A stretch of DNA of 33,781 nt from Bacteroidota bacterium (GCA_051746885.1 JBNJFN010000003.1:1-33781), one strand, 5' to 3'. Positions 19,614 to 29,057 are shown, counted from the stretch's first letter. A program made the numbers and translations. Notes: generated by a model not told the origin, from the letters alone.

Positions 19614-20225
19614 TTATTTAATCCGAAAATCAAGCAATGTTCTATCTTCAATATAGGCTGTAAGCCGGTCCTCGATATGAACCGGCCCTACTCCTACGGG
19701 AGTGCCTGTAAAAATCAGATCACCCATCTTAAGTGTAAAAAACCGGGATATATAGGAAATAAGATCTTCATAGTTGAATATCATATCCTTTGTATTCCCT
19801 GATTGCTTGCTTTCACCATTGATATAAAGACCAAAGTTAAGATTGTAAATATCTTCAAACTTCTCTTTATTGACAAATTTCCCAAGGGGAGCAGAACCCT
19901 CAAATCCTTTGGCAATCTCCCAGGGCTCTCCGTTTTTTTTGCATTTCCGCTGTAGATCCCTGGCTGTTAAGTCAATGCCAACGGTCACCTCTTTGTAATA
20001 TCGATGGGCGAACTTCTTACTGATATTTTTTCCAAGGCGGTTAATTTTAAGCACAATCTCAGTTTCATAGTGGATTTCATCAGAAAAATCGGGATAGAAA
20101 AAAGGCCGGTTCCTGATGATAATGGAAGTATCGGGTTTAAGAAAAAATACAGGTTTATCAGGAACTTTATTGCCGAACTCTTTCGCATGATCGGCATAAT
20201 TCCTTCCAATACATATAATCTTCAT
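19614..20225 (-). CDS. Fumarylacetoacetate hydrolase family protein (YcgM/FAHD1-like)
   Basis: KIICIGRNYADHAKE, FFLKP, HYETE, DLTARDLQ, WEIAKGF and GDLIFTGTPVGVG motifs. Confidence 0.93.
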   Translation of the reverse strand: MKIICIGRNYADHAKEFGNKVPDKPVFFLKPDTSIIIRNRPFFYPDFSDEIHYETEIVLKINRLGKNISKKFAHRYYKEVTVGIDLTARDLQRKCKKNGEPWEIAKGFEGSAPLGKFVNKEKFEDIYNLNFGLYINGESKQSGNTKDMIFNYEDLISYISRFFTLKMGDLIFTGTPVGVGPVHIEDRLTAYIEDRTLLDFRIK

Positions 20226-20230
20226 AATCC

Positions 20231-20998
20231 TTATTGCTTAAACATCCTCAATTTAATGGAAGTCAACACCTTCTTGGTATAGAGCGGAAATTCATTGTTT
20301 ATAATCCATCCATAATAAGCTGGATCTTTGGTGAGTACTTTTTCAACGGATTGGCCCTTGTATTTTCCAAAGTTAAAAACCTCCCTCCCTTTTTCATCAT
20401 ATATGATCCTTCCAACGTGGTCTACATTTTTATTGTGGGAAGAAAACTCAGCAAGTTCATCCATATCGTTATTCAACGCATCATAATGATCAATCTGGGC
20501 CTTAAGTATCTCATAAGTAGCCTGAGTATCCGCTTCAGCGCTATGGGCGTTGGTGAGTTCCTTCTTACAATAGAATTTATAGGCCGCAGCAAGGGTTCGC
20601 TTTTCCATCTTATGAAAAATAACCTGCACATCGATAAACCTGTGCCGTTTCAAATCATATTCAATATCCGCCCTGAGAAATTCTTCTGCCAAAAGGGGCA
20701 AGTCAAAACGGATTGAATTAAACCCGGCCAGATCGCAGCCCTCAATGAATTGTTGCACTTCCTTTGCCACTTCAGCAAATGTAGGTGCATCCTTAACATC
20801 CTCATCTGAGATACCATGAATTTCCGTTGATTTGGGATCAATGGGAATGGTAGGATTAATCTTCATGGTTTTACTCTCCTGATTTTCGTTTGGATAAATC
20901 TTTAAAAGAGAGATTTCCACAATGCGATCTTTCACAATATTGGTACCTGTGGTTTCCAGGTCCAGAAAAACAATGGGTTTATCAAGATTCAACTCCAT
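20231..20998 (-). CDS. DEDDh 3'-5' exonuclease (DNA polymerase III epsilon-like)
   Basis: DLETTG, IHGI, FNSIRFD and HSAEAD motifs, plus C-terminal FNFGKYKG domain; downstream of dnaN. ATG at 20998 preferred over TTG at 21007. Confidence 0.9.
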   Translation of the reverse strand: MELNLDKPIVFLDLETTGTNIVKDRIVEISLLKIYPNENQESKTMKINPTIPIDPKSTEIHGISDEDVKDAPTFAEVAKEVQQFIEGCDLAGFNSIRFDLPLLAEEFLRADIEYDLKRHRFIDVQVIFHKMEKRTLAAAYKFYCKKELTNAHSAEADTQATYEILKAQIDHYDALNNDMDELAEFSSHNKNVDHVGRIIYDEKGREVFNFGKYKGQSVEKVLTKDPAYYGWIINNEFPLYTKKVLTSIKLRMFKQ

Positions 20999-21084
20999 AA
21001 ATGACAATTGTTATAAATTGGTTGGTCCTTAAATAGTGCTGTTTTATCCCGTACCGGCCCTCTTTTTTAGCCTTAGCCATCGTC

Positions 21085-22236
21085 TCAGCCTTGTTCCTCT
21101 TCACTTTCGGATTCAACCATCATGGGCATCAAAAGCATCAGAATGTCTTCATCCTCATTATCCTTCTCGGCTGGATAAAGCAAACCGGCCCGCGAAGGAT
21201 CGGACAATTCAATCAGCACCTCCTGGGCGTTTAAATTGGAGAGGATCTCAAGCAAGAAGGATGATTTAAAACCAATCTCCATATTCTCCCCTTCGTACTG
21301 ACAGTTCAATGTTTCCCGACCGGAGACGGAAAAATCAATGTCTTGTGCCGAAACGGTAAGCTGGTTGCCATTCAGACTGAGTTTTATCAGATTGCTGGCC
21401 TGATTGGAAAATACAGACACCCTTTTAATGGTGTTATAAAAATCAAGGCGGTCAATGGTGAGCCTGAAGGGATTATCAGAAGGAATGACACTGTTGTAAT
21501 TTGGGTAATTGCCTTCCGTTAATCTGGAAAGGATTTTATATTTGGGCAGAACAAACTGTACATTCTTATCATCAAAGCGAATTTCAACCTGGCTTTCTTC
21601 TTTGCTTAAAATATTCCTCAGCAATGAAGCGGGTTTTTTGGGAAAAATAAATGAAGATTCCTGACCGGGGGAAACATCCTGTCTTCTATAGCGAACCAAT
21701 TTATGTGCGTCGGTTGCCACAAAAGTAATGTCTTCAGAAGCAAGCTCCACATAAATGCCATTCATCACCGGTCTCAACTCATCCTCGGCAGTAGCAAAAA
21801 TGGTTTTATCGATCCCATGATATACCAATTCTGATGCCAACTGAACCTGAGTCTCCTGTTCGCTTTTGATCTCCGGAACTTGTGGAAAATCTTCTGCATT
21901 CTGTCCCACAATATTGAACTTACCGTTCTCCGAATTCAGCTCAATACCCAGTGTCTCCATATTGATATTAAATGTCAGGGGTTGCTCAGGGAATTCCTTA
22001 AGCATATCCATCAATATTCTTGCTGGTATGGCAATCTTGCCTTCATCAGTAACATTCTCAAGATCAATAGTGGTAACCAAGGTGGTTTCCAGATCTGAGG
22101 CCGTAATTTTCAATTCATTTCCACTCAGATCAAAAAGAAAATTGTCGAGTATGGGTAATGTGTTCTTTGTGCTTATGACCCTCCCTATAGACTGTAAATG
22201 TTTCAACAATTCGGTGCTGGATATTACAAATTTCAT
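21085..22236 (-). CDS. dnaN: DNA polymerase III subunit beta (sliding clamp)
   Basis: LPILDNFL, ASDLET, DELRPVMNG, VATDAHKL, GNYPNYNSVIP and LLMPM motifs. Confidence 0.97.
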   Translation of the reverse strand: MKFVISSTELLKHLQSIGRVISTKNTLPILDNFLFDLSGNELKITASDLETTLVTTIDLENVTDEGKIAIPARILMDMLKEFPEQPLTFNINMETLGIELNSENGKFNIVGQNAEDFPQVPEIKSEQETQVQLASELVYHGIDKTIFATAEDELRPVMNGIYVELASEDITFVATDAHKLVRYRRQDVSPGQESSFIFPKKPASLLRNILSKEESQVEIRFDDKNVQFVLPKYKILSRLTEGNYPNYNSVIPSDNPFRLTIDRLDFYNTIKRVSVFSNQASNLIKLSLNGNQLTVSAQDIDFSVSGRETLNCQYEGENMEIGFKSSFLLEILSNLNAQEVLIELSDPSRAGLLYPAEKDNEDEDILMLLMPMMVESESEEEQG

Positions 22237-22325
22237 CTTTCCTTTATTTTAGGTTTACATTTTTAATTATAAACTCTGAACAAAACCGATTATACAATTA
22301 TAAATCAAAGAATTAATCGGAATAA

Positions 22326-23324
22326 TTATTTTTCCCGAAAATAATCAATTTCTTTCAACAATGGGTCAAATTCGGTATATTTTATCAACAGAATTTCCTC
22401 AACGCGTTCCAACCGCCCATACAGGAGATTCAGGTCATAACTACCTTTCTGGCCAAAGGGGTCCTCCCTCCCTTCCGACTTTTTCCTGTAAGTATAGAGT
22501 TTGGTCAGGTTGTTATCTTCATCAACGATTTCAAACACACAGTATGGATTTGCCTCCATAAGAGAATCCTTCAGGCGTGGCTTATCCAATATTACCTTAT
22601 CAAATCTCACATTTCCGAAGTAGCTGAAATACCTGGCTGCCTTGGAGCTGCTAAAATTTTCAATATATTTATCTTTTGCAAGGGATTGCAATCTGAATTC
22701 ATCCTCACCATAGCTTAAATAAAATGATTGCTCCATATCAGAGGGATAAACGACCTTAATACTCTCTATGTCAAGCCCGGAATAATCAAACAACGTTTTA
22801 TCCCTCCAGTAATTTACATCAACCTTGACAAGACTTGCCAAATCCCCGTCATAACCAGGCAAGCCCATAATAAAAGGTTCTTTGCTGTTTTCCATCATCA
22901 TATAGGAGGTTCCTTCTTTTTGGGGGCTGTCTTCTATAAGAAAATCCTTTATTAAGTCACCTTCGCTATATATTTTAACATGAATGGGGTTTTTGCGGAT
23001 TGTTTCCAAAAGCTCCCGGCGGTCAGATTTTTGGGCAGGGGCTTCAACGCGCAGGTCCCGGAATACATTCAACAGTTGTTGTACATTTTTTTCCCGGGCA
23101 TATAGTTGTTGATTCAGGTACCATCTTTCATTGTCCTTATATAATTTAATGGTTTCCGAATCCTGGCTTAACAAGATGGTGTCCAAACCGGCTACCTCAT
23201 CCTCTTCCAGGCTAAAATCAGACGAACCTGGATCCAATGTACTGCTCTGATCCTTCAAAAACAAATATCCGGCAGCAGCCACCAACAGCAACAGAACTAT
23301 TATATAAATCCGGGAAAATTTCAT
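22326..23324 (-). CDS. Membrane-anchored DUF4340-like accessory protein of the Gld-type ABC transporter
   Basis: Single N-terminal TM helix and acidic soluble domain with a WRDKTLF motif; 4-nt overlap with gldG. Confidence 0.6.
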   Translation of the reverse strand: MKFSRIYIIVLLLLVAAAGYLFLKDQSSTLDPGSSDFSLEEDEVAGLDTILLSQDSETIKLYKDNERWYLNQQLYAREKNVQQLLNVFRDLRVEAPAQKSDRRELLETIRKNPIHVKIYSEGDLIKDFLIEDSPQKEGTSYMMMENSKEPFIMGLPGYDGDLASLVKVDVNYWRDKTLFDYSGLDIESIKVVYPSDMEQSFYLSYGEDEFRLQSLAKDKYIENFSSSKAARYFSYFGNVRFDKVILDKPRLKDSLMEANPYCVFEIVDEDNNLTKLYTYRKKSEGREDPFGQKGSYDLNLLYGRLERVEEILLIKYTEFDPLLKEIDYFREK

Positions 23325-25033
23325 CTCTCTTTGAATTTAAAACTAGTATGCTTTCTTCTACGAATGATGTTCTTTGTAAGCCCAAACACAACAATCAACA
23401 TTACAGGAATCAGAATATTAACTACCTGCCATTTCACTCTTTCTTCAGAAACCCGGGCTCTGTCCAGCAAACGCATTTCAATCTCTTTACCCCGTATACT
23501 GATCAGGCTCTTCTTATTCGTCATGTAATGAATGCTGTTCACAATAAAATCCTTGTTCCCGTATGTCTGTTTGGTATATCGATCGTATCCGAGAGGTGTA
23601 ATCATGGTCTTTCCACCTTTGTGCGTAACCCGGTTCTTAATCAAGTCCCCATCGGATATCACGATCATACGAGCTTCATTGCTTGCTTCCCTGAAATCTC
23701 TTTTTGTCTTATTCTCCATATCAGAAACTATCTGGTTCTCAAAAACCGAATGAAAATTACCTTCCAAAAGGACACCAGTTACCTTGTGGGATTCTTGAAA
23801 CGAAGCCCGGGATATCTTCTTCTCGATTTCACCTAAACTCACCATGGCGGGAACTTGTATGGTTTTGGAATGATCGGAGGAGGTCAGCAGAATGGTCTTG
23901 TCCAAACCAGGATTGGCCGGCAAGGTATCGATAGAACTGACAAACCGACTTTTGACCATATTCAGATTTTTATTGATGGGATGGTTGCCCGGAGATGACA
24001 ACAAAGGATAGTACACCCAGGGAGAAGGAGAAAAGTCAGGCTCATTGCCCGAATAAGAAGTATTGACCGGAATGATTGCACATTGAATGTCTTGGATCAA
24101 ATCGGGATTAATTCGAACGCCATATTTAAATAACTGGTCTTCCAAATTCAGTTGGGATATGTTTGCCATAGTGGAGCTTTTCATGGAAAGGCTGTCAATG
24201 CTGATATCTACCCTATCGATAAACCAGAAAATGCTGCCCCCATTCATCAGATATTGATCAAGTGTATATTTCTCCTCTTTGGAAAATTCCTTTTGAGGCT
24301 TGGCCACCACAAGGGTTTCATAATCGTAAACTTCCGGTGTAATGCCATCCATCTGAATTCTATCCACTTCGTAATAGTCCGATAAGGTTTTGGAAATATC
24401 CCCCACATGATACTCATCCAACTCTCCATGGCCCGTGATGAAAGCAATGGATTGTTTTTCATCAAGGGTGAGTTTATAGACCGCATCTAAAAGATTGTAT
24501 TCCAGTTCCTGTATGGAGTGGTTCAGGTTTCTATCAGAAGATAATCTTGGATTGTTCTTTAAAAGATTCAGCGCAGTTTGTTGCTCCCCACAATTTACAA
24601 TGGCTCCGGGAAAAATCATCTTCTGGCTATAACCACCCTCTTTATCCCTGCTTTTGACATTGGTTGGTTCCAGTCCTTTATCCCTGAGGTCTTTGTAAAA
24701 CCTTTCTCTTTCTTTTGAATCCCGGCCCTCAGAAGGATTAATGAACTGATACTGAATATTATCACCTGCATGAACCCGAAATTCATTGAGCATCTCCTGA
24801 ATCCTGTTCTGCATACGTTTCAATCCAATAGGCATATCCCCGGTCAGGTAAATCTTAAAATACACCACATCATCAAGCTCTCTAAGAATCTCCTTAGTTT
24901 TAGGCTTCAGGGTATAACGGTTATCTGCCGTGAGGTCAATTCGGTGGTATATGTTGGAGGAAATAAAATTGACCACAATGATAAGAACAAGCAAGAGTAA
25001 AAACTGAATTAGATTTTTTCTTTTTCCCTTCAT
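23321..25033 (-). CDS. gldG: Gliding motility-associated ABC transporter auxiliary component GldG
   Basis: N- and C-terminal TM helices; RIDLTADNRYTL, GHGEL, LDQYLMNGG, LFKYGVRIN and PLGYDRYT..YGNKDF motifs. Confidence 0.93.
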   Translation of the reverse strand: MKGKRKNLIQFLLLLVLIIVVNFISSNIYHRIDLTADNRYTLKPKTKEILRELDDVVYFKIYLTGDMPIGLKRMQNRIQEMLNEFRVHAGDNIQYQFINPSEGRDSKERERFYKDLRDKGLEPTNVKSRDKEGGYSQKMIFPGAIVNCGEQQTALNLLKNNPRLSSDRNLNHSIQELEYNLLDAVYKLTLDEKQSIAFITGHGELDEYHVGDISKTLSDYYEVDRIQMDGITPEVYDYETLVVAKPQKEFSKEEKYTLDQYLMNGGSIFWFIDRVDISIDSLSMKSSTMANISQLNLEDQLFKYGVRINPDLIQDIQCAIIPVNTSYSGNEPDFSPSPWVYYPLLSSPGNHPINKNLNMVKSRFVSSIDTLPANPGLDKTILLTSSDHSKTIQVPAMVSLGEIEKKISRASFQESHKVTGVLLEGNFHSVFENQIVSDMENKTKRDFREASNEARMIVISDGDLIKNRVTHKGGKTMITPLGYDRYTKQTYGNKDFIVNSIHYMTNKKSLISIRGKEIEMRLLDRARVSEERVKWQVVNILIPVMLIVVFGLTKNIIRRRKHTSFKFKER

Positions 25034-25044
25034 ATATAACTCAC

Positions 25045-25773
25045 TTATTTACGATTTTGAATGATGGTTTTTGTAAGAAAAATGAATACCACGATGACAC
25101 TGAGAAAATACATAACATCCCGGGTATCAATCACACCCCTGCTCATTGATTTATAATGTGCATTAATGCCCAGATCAACAATAAAGGTGTCGATACCACT
25201 GAATAACCACATTCCGCTTAAAAAATCAAATCCCATATAAAAAAAGAAAGAAATCAGCACGGCGATTATAAACGCAATAATCTGATTGCCGGTCAAAGAA
25301 GAAGCAAAAACCCCTATGGATACATAAATGGCGGCCAGGAAAAACAAGCCGATATATGAACCCACTGTACCTGCTACATCCACGTTCCCAATGGGATTGC
25401 CCAATTGATAAACGCTGTAAAAATAGATCAGCGTCGGTATCAAGGCAATAACTACCAGGATTAACGCAGCCAGATATTTGGATATCACAATCTGCAGATC
25501 TGATATAGGACGGGTCATCAAAAGCTCCATAGTACCCGATTTTTTCTCCTCAGCAATCATCCTCATTGTGACGGCCGGAACCAAAAACAGGAAAATCCAG
25601 GGTGCAAGGGTGAAAAGCGTGTCCAATGTGGCATAGCCGCTGTCCAACACATTGTTTTCTCCCGGAAAGACCCACATAAACAAGCCCACCGCCAACAAAA
25701 ATACCAAAACCACTATATAGCCGGTAATCGTGCTGAAAAATTCGTTAATCTCTTTTTTAAGAAGTGTAACCAT
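25045..25773 (-). CDS. gldF: Gliding motility-associated ABC transporter permease GldF
   Basis: KKEINEFFS, PAVTMRMIAEEKKSGTMELL and HYKSMSRGVIDTRD motifs; about 6 TM helices. ATG at 25773 preferred. Confidence 0.93.
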   Translation of the reverse strand: MVTLLKKEINEFFSTITGYIVVLVFLLAVGLFMWVFPGENNVLDSGYATLDTLFTLAPWIFLFLVPAVTMRMIAEEKKSGTMELLMTRPISDLQIVISKYLAALILVVIALIPTLIYFYSVYQLGNPIGNVDVAGTVGSYIGLFFLAAIYVSIGVFASSLTGNQIIAFIIAVLISFFFYMGFDFLSGMWLFSGIDTFIVDLGINAHYKSMSRGVIDTRDVMYFLSVIVVFIFLTKTIIQNRK

Positions 25774-25794
25774 AATTAAATAATTTACCTGCCA

Positions 25795-25802
25795 CAAAAA
25801 TA
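25795..25802 (-). promoter_or_regulatory. -7 promoter element (TATTTTTG) for the gldF run
   Basis: Exact TAnnTTTG match 21 nt upstream of the gldF ATG. Confidence 0.55.
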
Positions 25803-25840
25803 ATGTATTTCTTTTTTGAATAAATTCATCAGGAGAATGT

Positions 25841-25848
25841 TATTTTTG
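25841..25848 (+). promoter_or_regulatory. -7 promoter element (TATTTTTG) for the PagL-like operon
   Basis: Exact TAnnTTTG match with TTTG at 25815-25818 (22-nt spacer); 12 nt upstream of ATG 25861. Confidence 0.55.
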
Positions 25849-25860
25849 CCGACGTTTTTA

Positions 25861-26976
25861 ATGAAAGGTATGATGGGTAAAAAAACAATTATTTTATTAT
25901 TTATTTTTTTTGCAGGTGAAGGCTGGGCTCAGGAAAAAAGCCAGAATAGAGGTCTTCCTTTTGATCAAACAGAAGCCTTTTACAATTCAGGTATGATCAT
26001 GCCTCATGTTCCCGCCATTGATTTCATTACAGATGAATACATCTCCTCATTCAACCTGAATCTTATAAAAAAGAAAGACGGAGAAAAGCTCTGGGAAAAT
26101 CTTTATCACCATCCGGCTCTGGGTATCGGCTACTACCAGGGTTCATTGGGGAACAAAGAAATATATGGTAATGCCTATTCACTATATGCTTTTTTTGAGG
26201 CCCCCATATGGAATATCCGTAATCAATTTGAGCTGAACTACAGAATGTCCACCGGATTATCCTACATTTCCAAAACCTTCGATATCAACAATAACATATA
26301 CAATATTGCCATCGGTTCACATCTGAATCTTCATTTCAACCTGTTTTTTAATGCATTGATAAACATAACCGAAGATTACAAGCTCATCTCAGGCATTAGC
26401 ATGACCCATTTTTCCAATGGCAAGATAAAATCCCCAAACAAAGGGCTTAATGTTATTAATGGCTCGCTGGGGGTCAGGTATTACTTCCGGCAGCCTGAAC
26501 CCATCAAAAAAGATTTCACCAAACCTGAAATCATTGACAAAAACCGTTTTTCGGTGATATGGTCACACGGTTTAAAAGATTACAATCGATTTAGAAACGC
26601 CGTATATTATGTCTCCTCTCTTAATATGAGTTATGAACATCAGTATGCACATTTTGCCAAAGCTGGTATGGGGTTGGATGTTTTTTACAACAGCGCGCTG
26701 AGAAATTTCAGGGAACAACCTGTTAGAAACGGAATAACAAACAGCGCTTTATACAGGCTCGGTATGCACATTTCCCATGACTTCATTGTTGGAGACTTCT
26801 CCCTGACCATGCAACTGGGACACTATTTCTATAATAAAGCATTCTACATTACAGATATATACAACAGAATAGGACTTAAATATTATAGTGATGACCGGAT
26901 CATACTGAACCTGGCCCTCAAATCACATAATGCAAATGCAGAATTTATTGAATTAGGAATCGGTTATTTGTGGTAA
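25861..26976 (+). CDS. Outer-membrane acyloxyacyl hydrolase / PagL-like lipid A deacylase family protein
   Basis: Signal peptide (..GEGWA/Q), amphipathic beta-strands, THFSNG..PNKGLN motif and terminal aromatic GIGYLW. Start placed after the predicted promoter; ATGs at 25870 and 25873 are alternatives. Confidence 0.8.
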   Translation: MKGMMGKKTIILLFIFFAGEGWAQEKSQNRGLPFDQTEAFYNSGMIMPHVPAIDFITDEYISSFNLNLIKKKDGEKLWENLYHHPALGIGYYQGSLGNKEIYGNAYSLYAFFEAPIWNIRNQFELNYRMSTGLSYISKTFDINNNIYNIAIGSHLNLHFNLFFNALINITEDYKLISGISMTHFSNGKIKSPNKGLNVINGSLGVRYYFRQPEPIKKDFTKPEIIDKNRFSVIWSHGLKDYNRFRNAVYYVSSLNMSYEHQYAHFAKAGMGLDVFYNSALRNFREQPVRNGITNSALYRLGMHISHDFIVGDFSLTMQLGHYFYNKAFYITDIYNRIGLKYYSDDRIILNLALKSHNANAEFIELGIGYLW

Positions 26977-26977
26977 A

Positions 26978-27718
26978 ATGAAGAATATCATAAAATACCT
27001 GCCATTGTATTTTTTCCTGCTAAGCATCTTTACAGGTGGATGCGAAAGGGTAAATGATTTATACACCGCTGACCGGGAAATTGTAAAAGAAGTGTCTTTA
27101 GAAGACTATAACTATGTCAGAATATGGAGCATATGTGACATTCGCCTGGTGGAAGATACAGTTTGTAAAGCAGTGGTGAAAGGGAAAAAAAGCGTTGTCA
27201 ACCACATCTCCTTCAAACAGGAAGACCATAAAATTTTTGTTCGCGAGAAAGGAGAAAATAAATGGCACCGGGGCACAGAGAGACCCCTTGTAGAATTTCA
27301 CTTTACCAACCTGGGATATTTTCGTATTGAGGAACCTGCACGTCTGTATTCAGAAGATACAATTCAGTCGAAAAATCTAAAAATCATTGCAGCCAATGAA
27401 CTTTCCGAAGTGGATCTAATTCTGGATACCGAATCGTTGTATTTTGAAAACTGGACCACCAACACCGGGGAGTACAAATTTTCAGGAAAATGCCACAGGT
27501 TTCACATCAAGCTATATGGCTCGGGAAGACTTCAGGCTGAAGATCTGATAACTTCTCATGCGGTTATTGAACAACATTCCATTTCCAATGGTTACTTATC
27601 TGTAGAAGATACGCTTGAAGTATATACCTCAAGCGAGGGCGACATTTATTATTTGGGTCATCCACAAAAAATTATCTTTGAACAGGAGGCATCCGGGAAA
27701 CTTATAAAAATAGAATAG
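26978..27718 (+). CDS. Lipoprotein with DUF2807 / GIN (adhesin-head-like beta-helix) domain
   Basis: Hydrophobic leader ending FTGG-C; YGSGRLQAEDL and SEGDIYYLGHP..ASGKLIK typical of DUF2807 proteins. Confidence 0.75.
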   Translation: MKNIIKYLPLYFFLLSIFTGGCERVNDLYTADREIVKEVSLEDYNYVRIWSICDIRLVEDTVCKAVVKGKKSVVNHISFKQEDHKIFVREKGENKWHRGTERPLVEFHFTNLGYFRIEEPARLYSEDTIQSKNLKIIAANELSEVDLILDTESLYFENWTTNTGEYKFSGKCHRFHIKLYGSGRLQAEDLITSHAVIEQHSISNGYLSVEDTLEVYTSSEGDIYYLGHPQKIIFEQEASGKLIKIE

Positions 27719-27722
27719 CATC

Positions 27723-28838
27723 ATGTTTCGTATTATCATTACGCTTGTATACCTGCTTCCGATAATTTATGTTTTTTTCCGGTTAAAACATCACTTTATT
27801 CCCTATGGCTACAGGAAAATCTATTCGCTTATCTTTGTAATACTGGCACTGTTCTATCCATTAACCAATTTTTTCTTCCGGAACATATTTGAAAAATTAT
27901 TCCCGGACCCTATGCTTATTCTTGGTGCTTATACGGCCGTTCTTTTTCTGTATATCCTCCTCTTAATTCTTCTTTTCGATATTTTCCTTTTATTAAACAG
28001 ATTTTTGCACCTGGTATCCAGGCCGGTAATAAAAAAGAGCCGGCAACAAGTAAAAGGCCTGCTGATCATTGTTTCTTTTGCTATAGCCATCGTTATTGGA
28101 GGCATAATCAATTTCAATACCATACGAACTACCAATTATCAGATAGAAATCCCCAAACGTTCATCCCGCACCGATCATATAAAAATTGCTTTTATCGCTG
28201 ATTTTCATATTGATGAAAAGACAAATGGTCGTTACGTAGAACGCGTTATAGAAAAAATCAATACCATCCAGCCCGATTTGATGCTTTTCGGTGGAGATAT
28301 CGTAGAAGGTGACGGATATACAGAAATACTGGATGAATTTGCAAAACGCTTAAATCAAATTAAATCCGAATATAGGATGTATGGTGTAATCGGGAATCAT
28401 GAAATCTATGCAGGCGACCACACGGATCAATTTTATAGAAAAGCCGGAATACGTTTATTAAAAGATACTGTAGAAGTCATTAACAATTCAATAAATCTGA
28501 TCGGAAGATATGACCAGCACATAAATGACAGACAATCCCTGAAAGAACTCCTGAGTTGCTGCCGGGATACGTTGCCGGTGATCATGCTGGATCACAGACC
28601 CACAGAGATTCCACAAGTAAGTGAGACTTGTGTGGATATGCAGTTGTCCGGCCATACCCATAACGGACAATTATTCCCTTTCAATTTGATCACCAAAAGC
28701 ATCTATCCCATAAGCCGGGGATATGAAAAAATTAAAAACACCCACTTTTTTGTTACCAGCGGCATACGGCTATGGGGCCCAAGGGTCAGAACCACCGGTA
28801 TATCGGAAATTATGGTGATCGATGTTAAGTTCCGGTAA
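27723..28838 (+). CDS. Membrane-bound calcineurin-like metallophosphoesterase (YkuE/YaeI-like)
   Basis: About 4 N-terminal TM helices; DFH, GGDIVE, GNHE, DHRP and SGHTHNGQ motifs. Confidence 0.92.
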   Translation: MFRIIITLVYLLPIIYVFFRLKHHFIPYGYRKIYSLIFVILALFYPLTNFFFRNIFEKLFPDPMLILGAYTAVLFLYILLLILLFDIFLLLNRFLHLVSRPVIKKSRQQVKGLLIIVSFAIAIVIGGIINFNTIRTTNYQIEIPKRSSRTDHIKIAFIADFHIDEKTNGRYVERVIEKINTIQPDLMLFGGDIVEGDGYTEILDEFAKRLNQIKSEYRMYGVIGNHEIYAGDHTDQFYRKAGIRLLKDTVEVINNSINLIGRYDQHINDRQSLKELLSCCRDTLPVIMLDHRPTEIPQVSETCVDMQLSGHTHNGQLFPFNLITKSIYPISRGYEKIKNTHFFVTSGIRLWGPRVRTTGISEIMVIDVKFR

Positions 28839-28870
28839 ACCTTATCTTTACTTGTGACACTCAATAGTTA

Positions 28871-29057
28871 ATTCGATTGTCATTTAATTGTTTGACTGTA
28901 GTTTGATGGTTTGACAGGAGTTGAGGAAATCAGTTGGCAATCCTAAAGCCAAATTTGGCAGTTGAATTGGTTGTCATTTATTGTCATTAAGTGGCCATGG
29001 GTTGTATTCGCACCATTCCGATAATGTAACAATATAGCAATTTAGCTCAACCTCAAA
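28871..29057. repeat. Intergenic mosaic of degenerate short repeats
   Basis: TTGTCATT x3 (28877, 28971, 28981); GTTTGA x3 (28890, 28901, 28909); taatgtaa/caatatag/caatttag (29022-29045); ctcaac/ctcaaa (29046-29057). Confidence 0.6.

Noticed and set aside
20234-20716. 160-aa + strand ORF, and similar short antisense ORFs across the window
   Set aside because: They lie opposite well-supported genes and carry no motifs
21067-21078. ttagcc x2 downstream of dnaN as another repeat-mosaic site
   Set aside because: Two hexamer copies cannot be distinguished from chance
22237-22325. oriC or DnaA boxes upstream of dnaN; 7-bp inverted repeat ccgatta/taatcgg
   Set aside because: Only 89 nt long, no good TTWTNCACA match, no dnaA, and the repeat is too short to support a call
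23237-23836. 199-aa + strand ORF
   Set aside because: Antisense to gldG and the DUF4340-like gene with no recognisable motifs; shadow ORF
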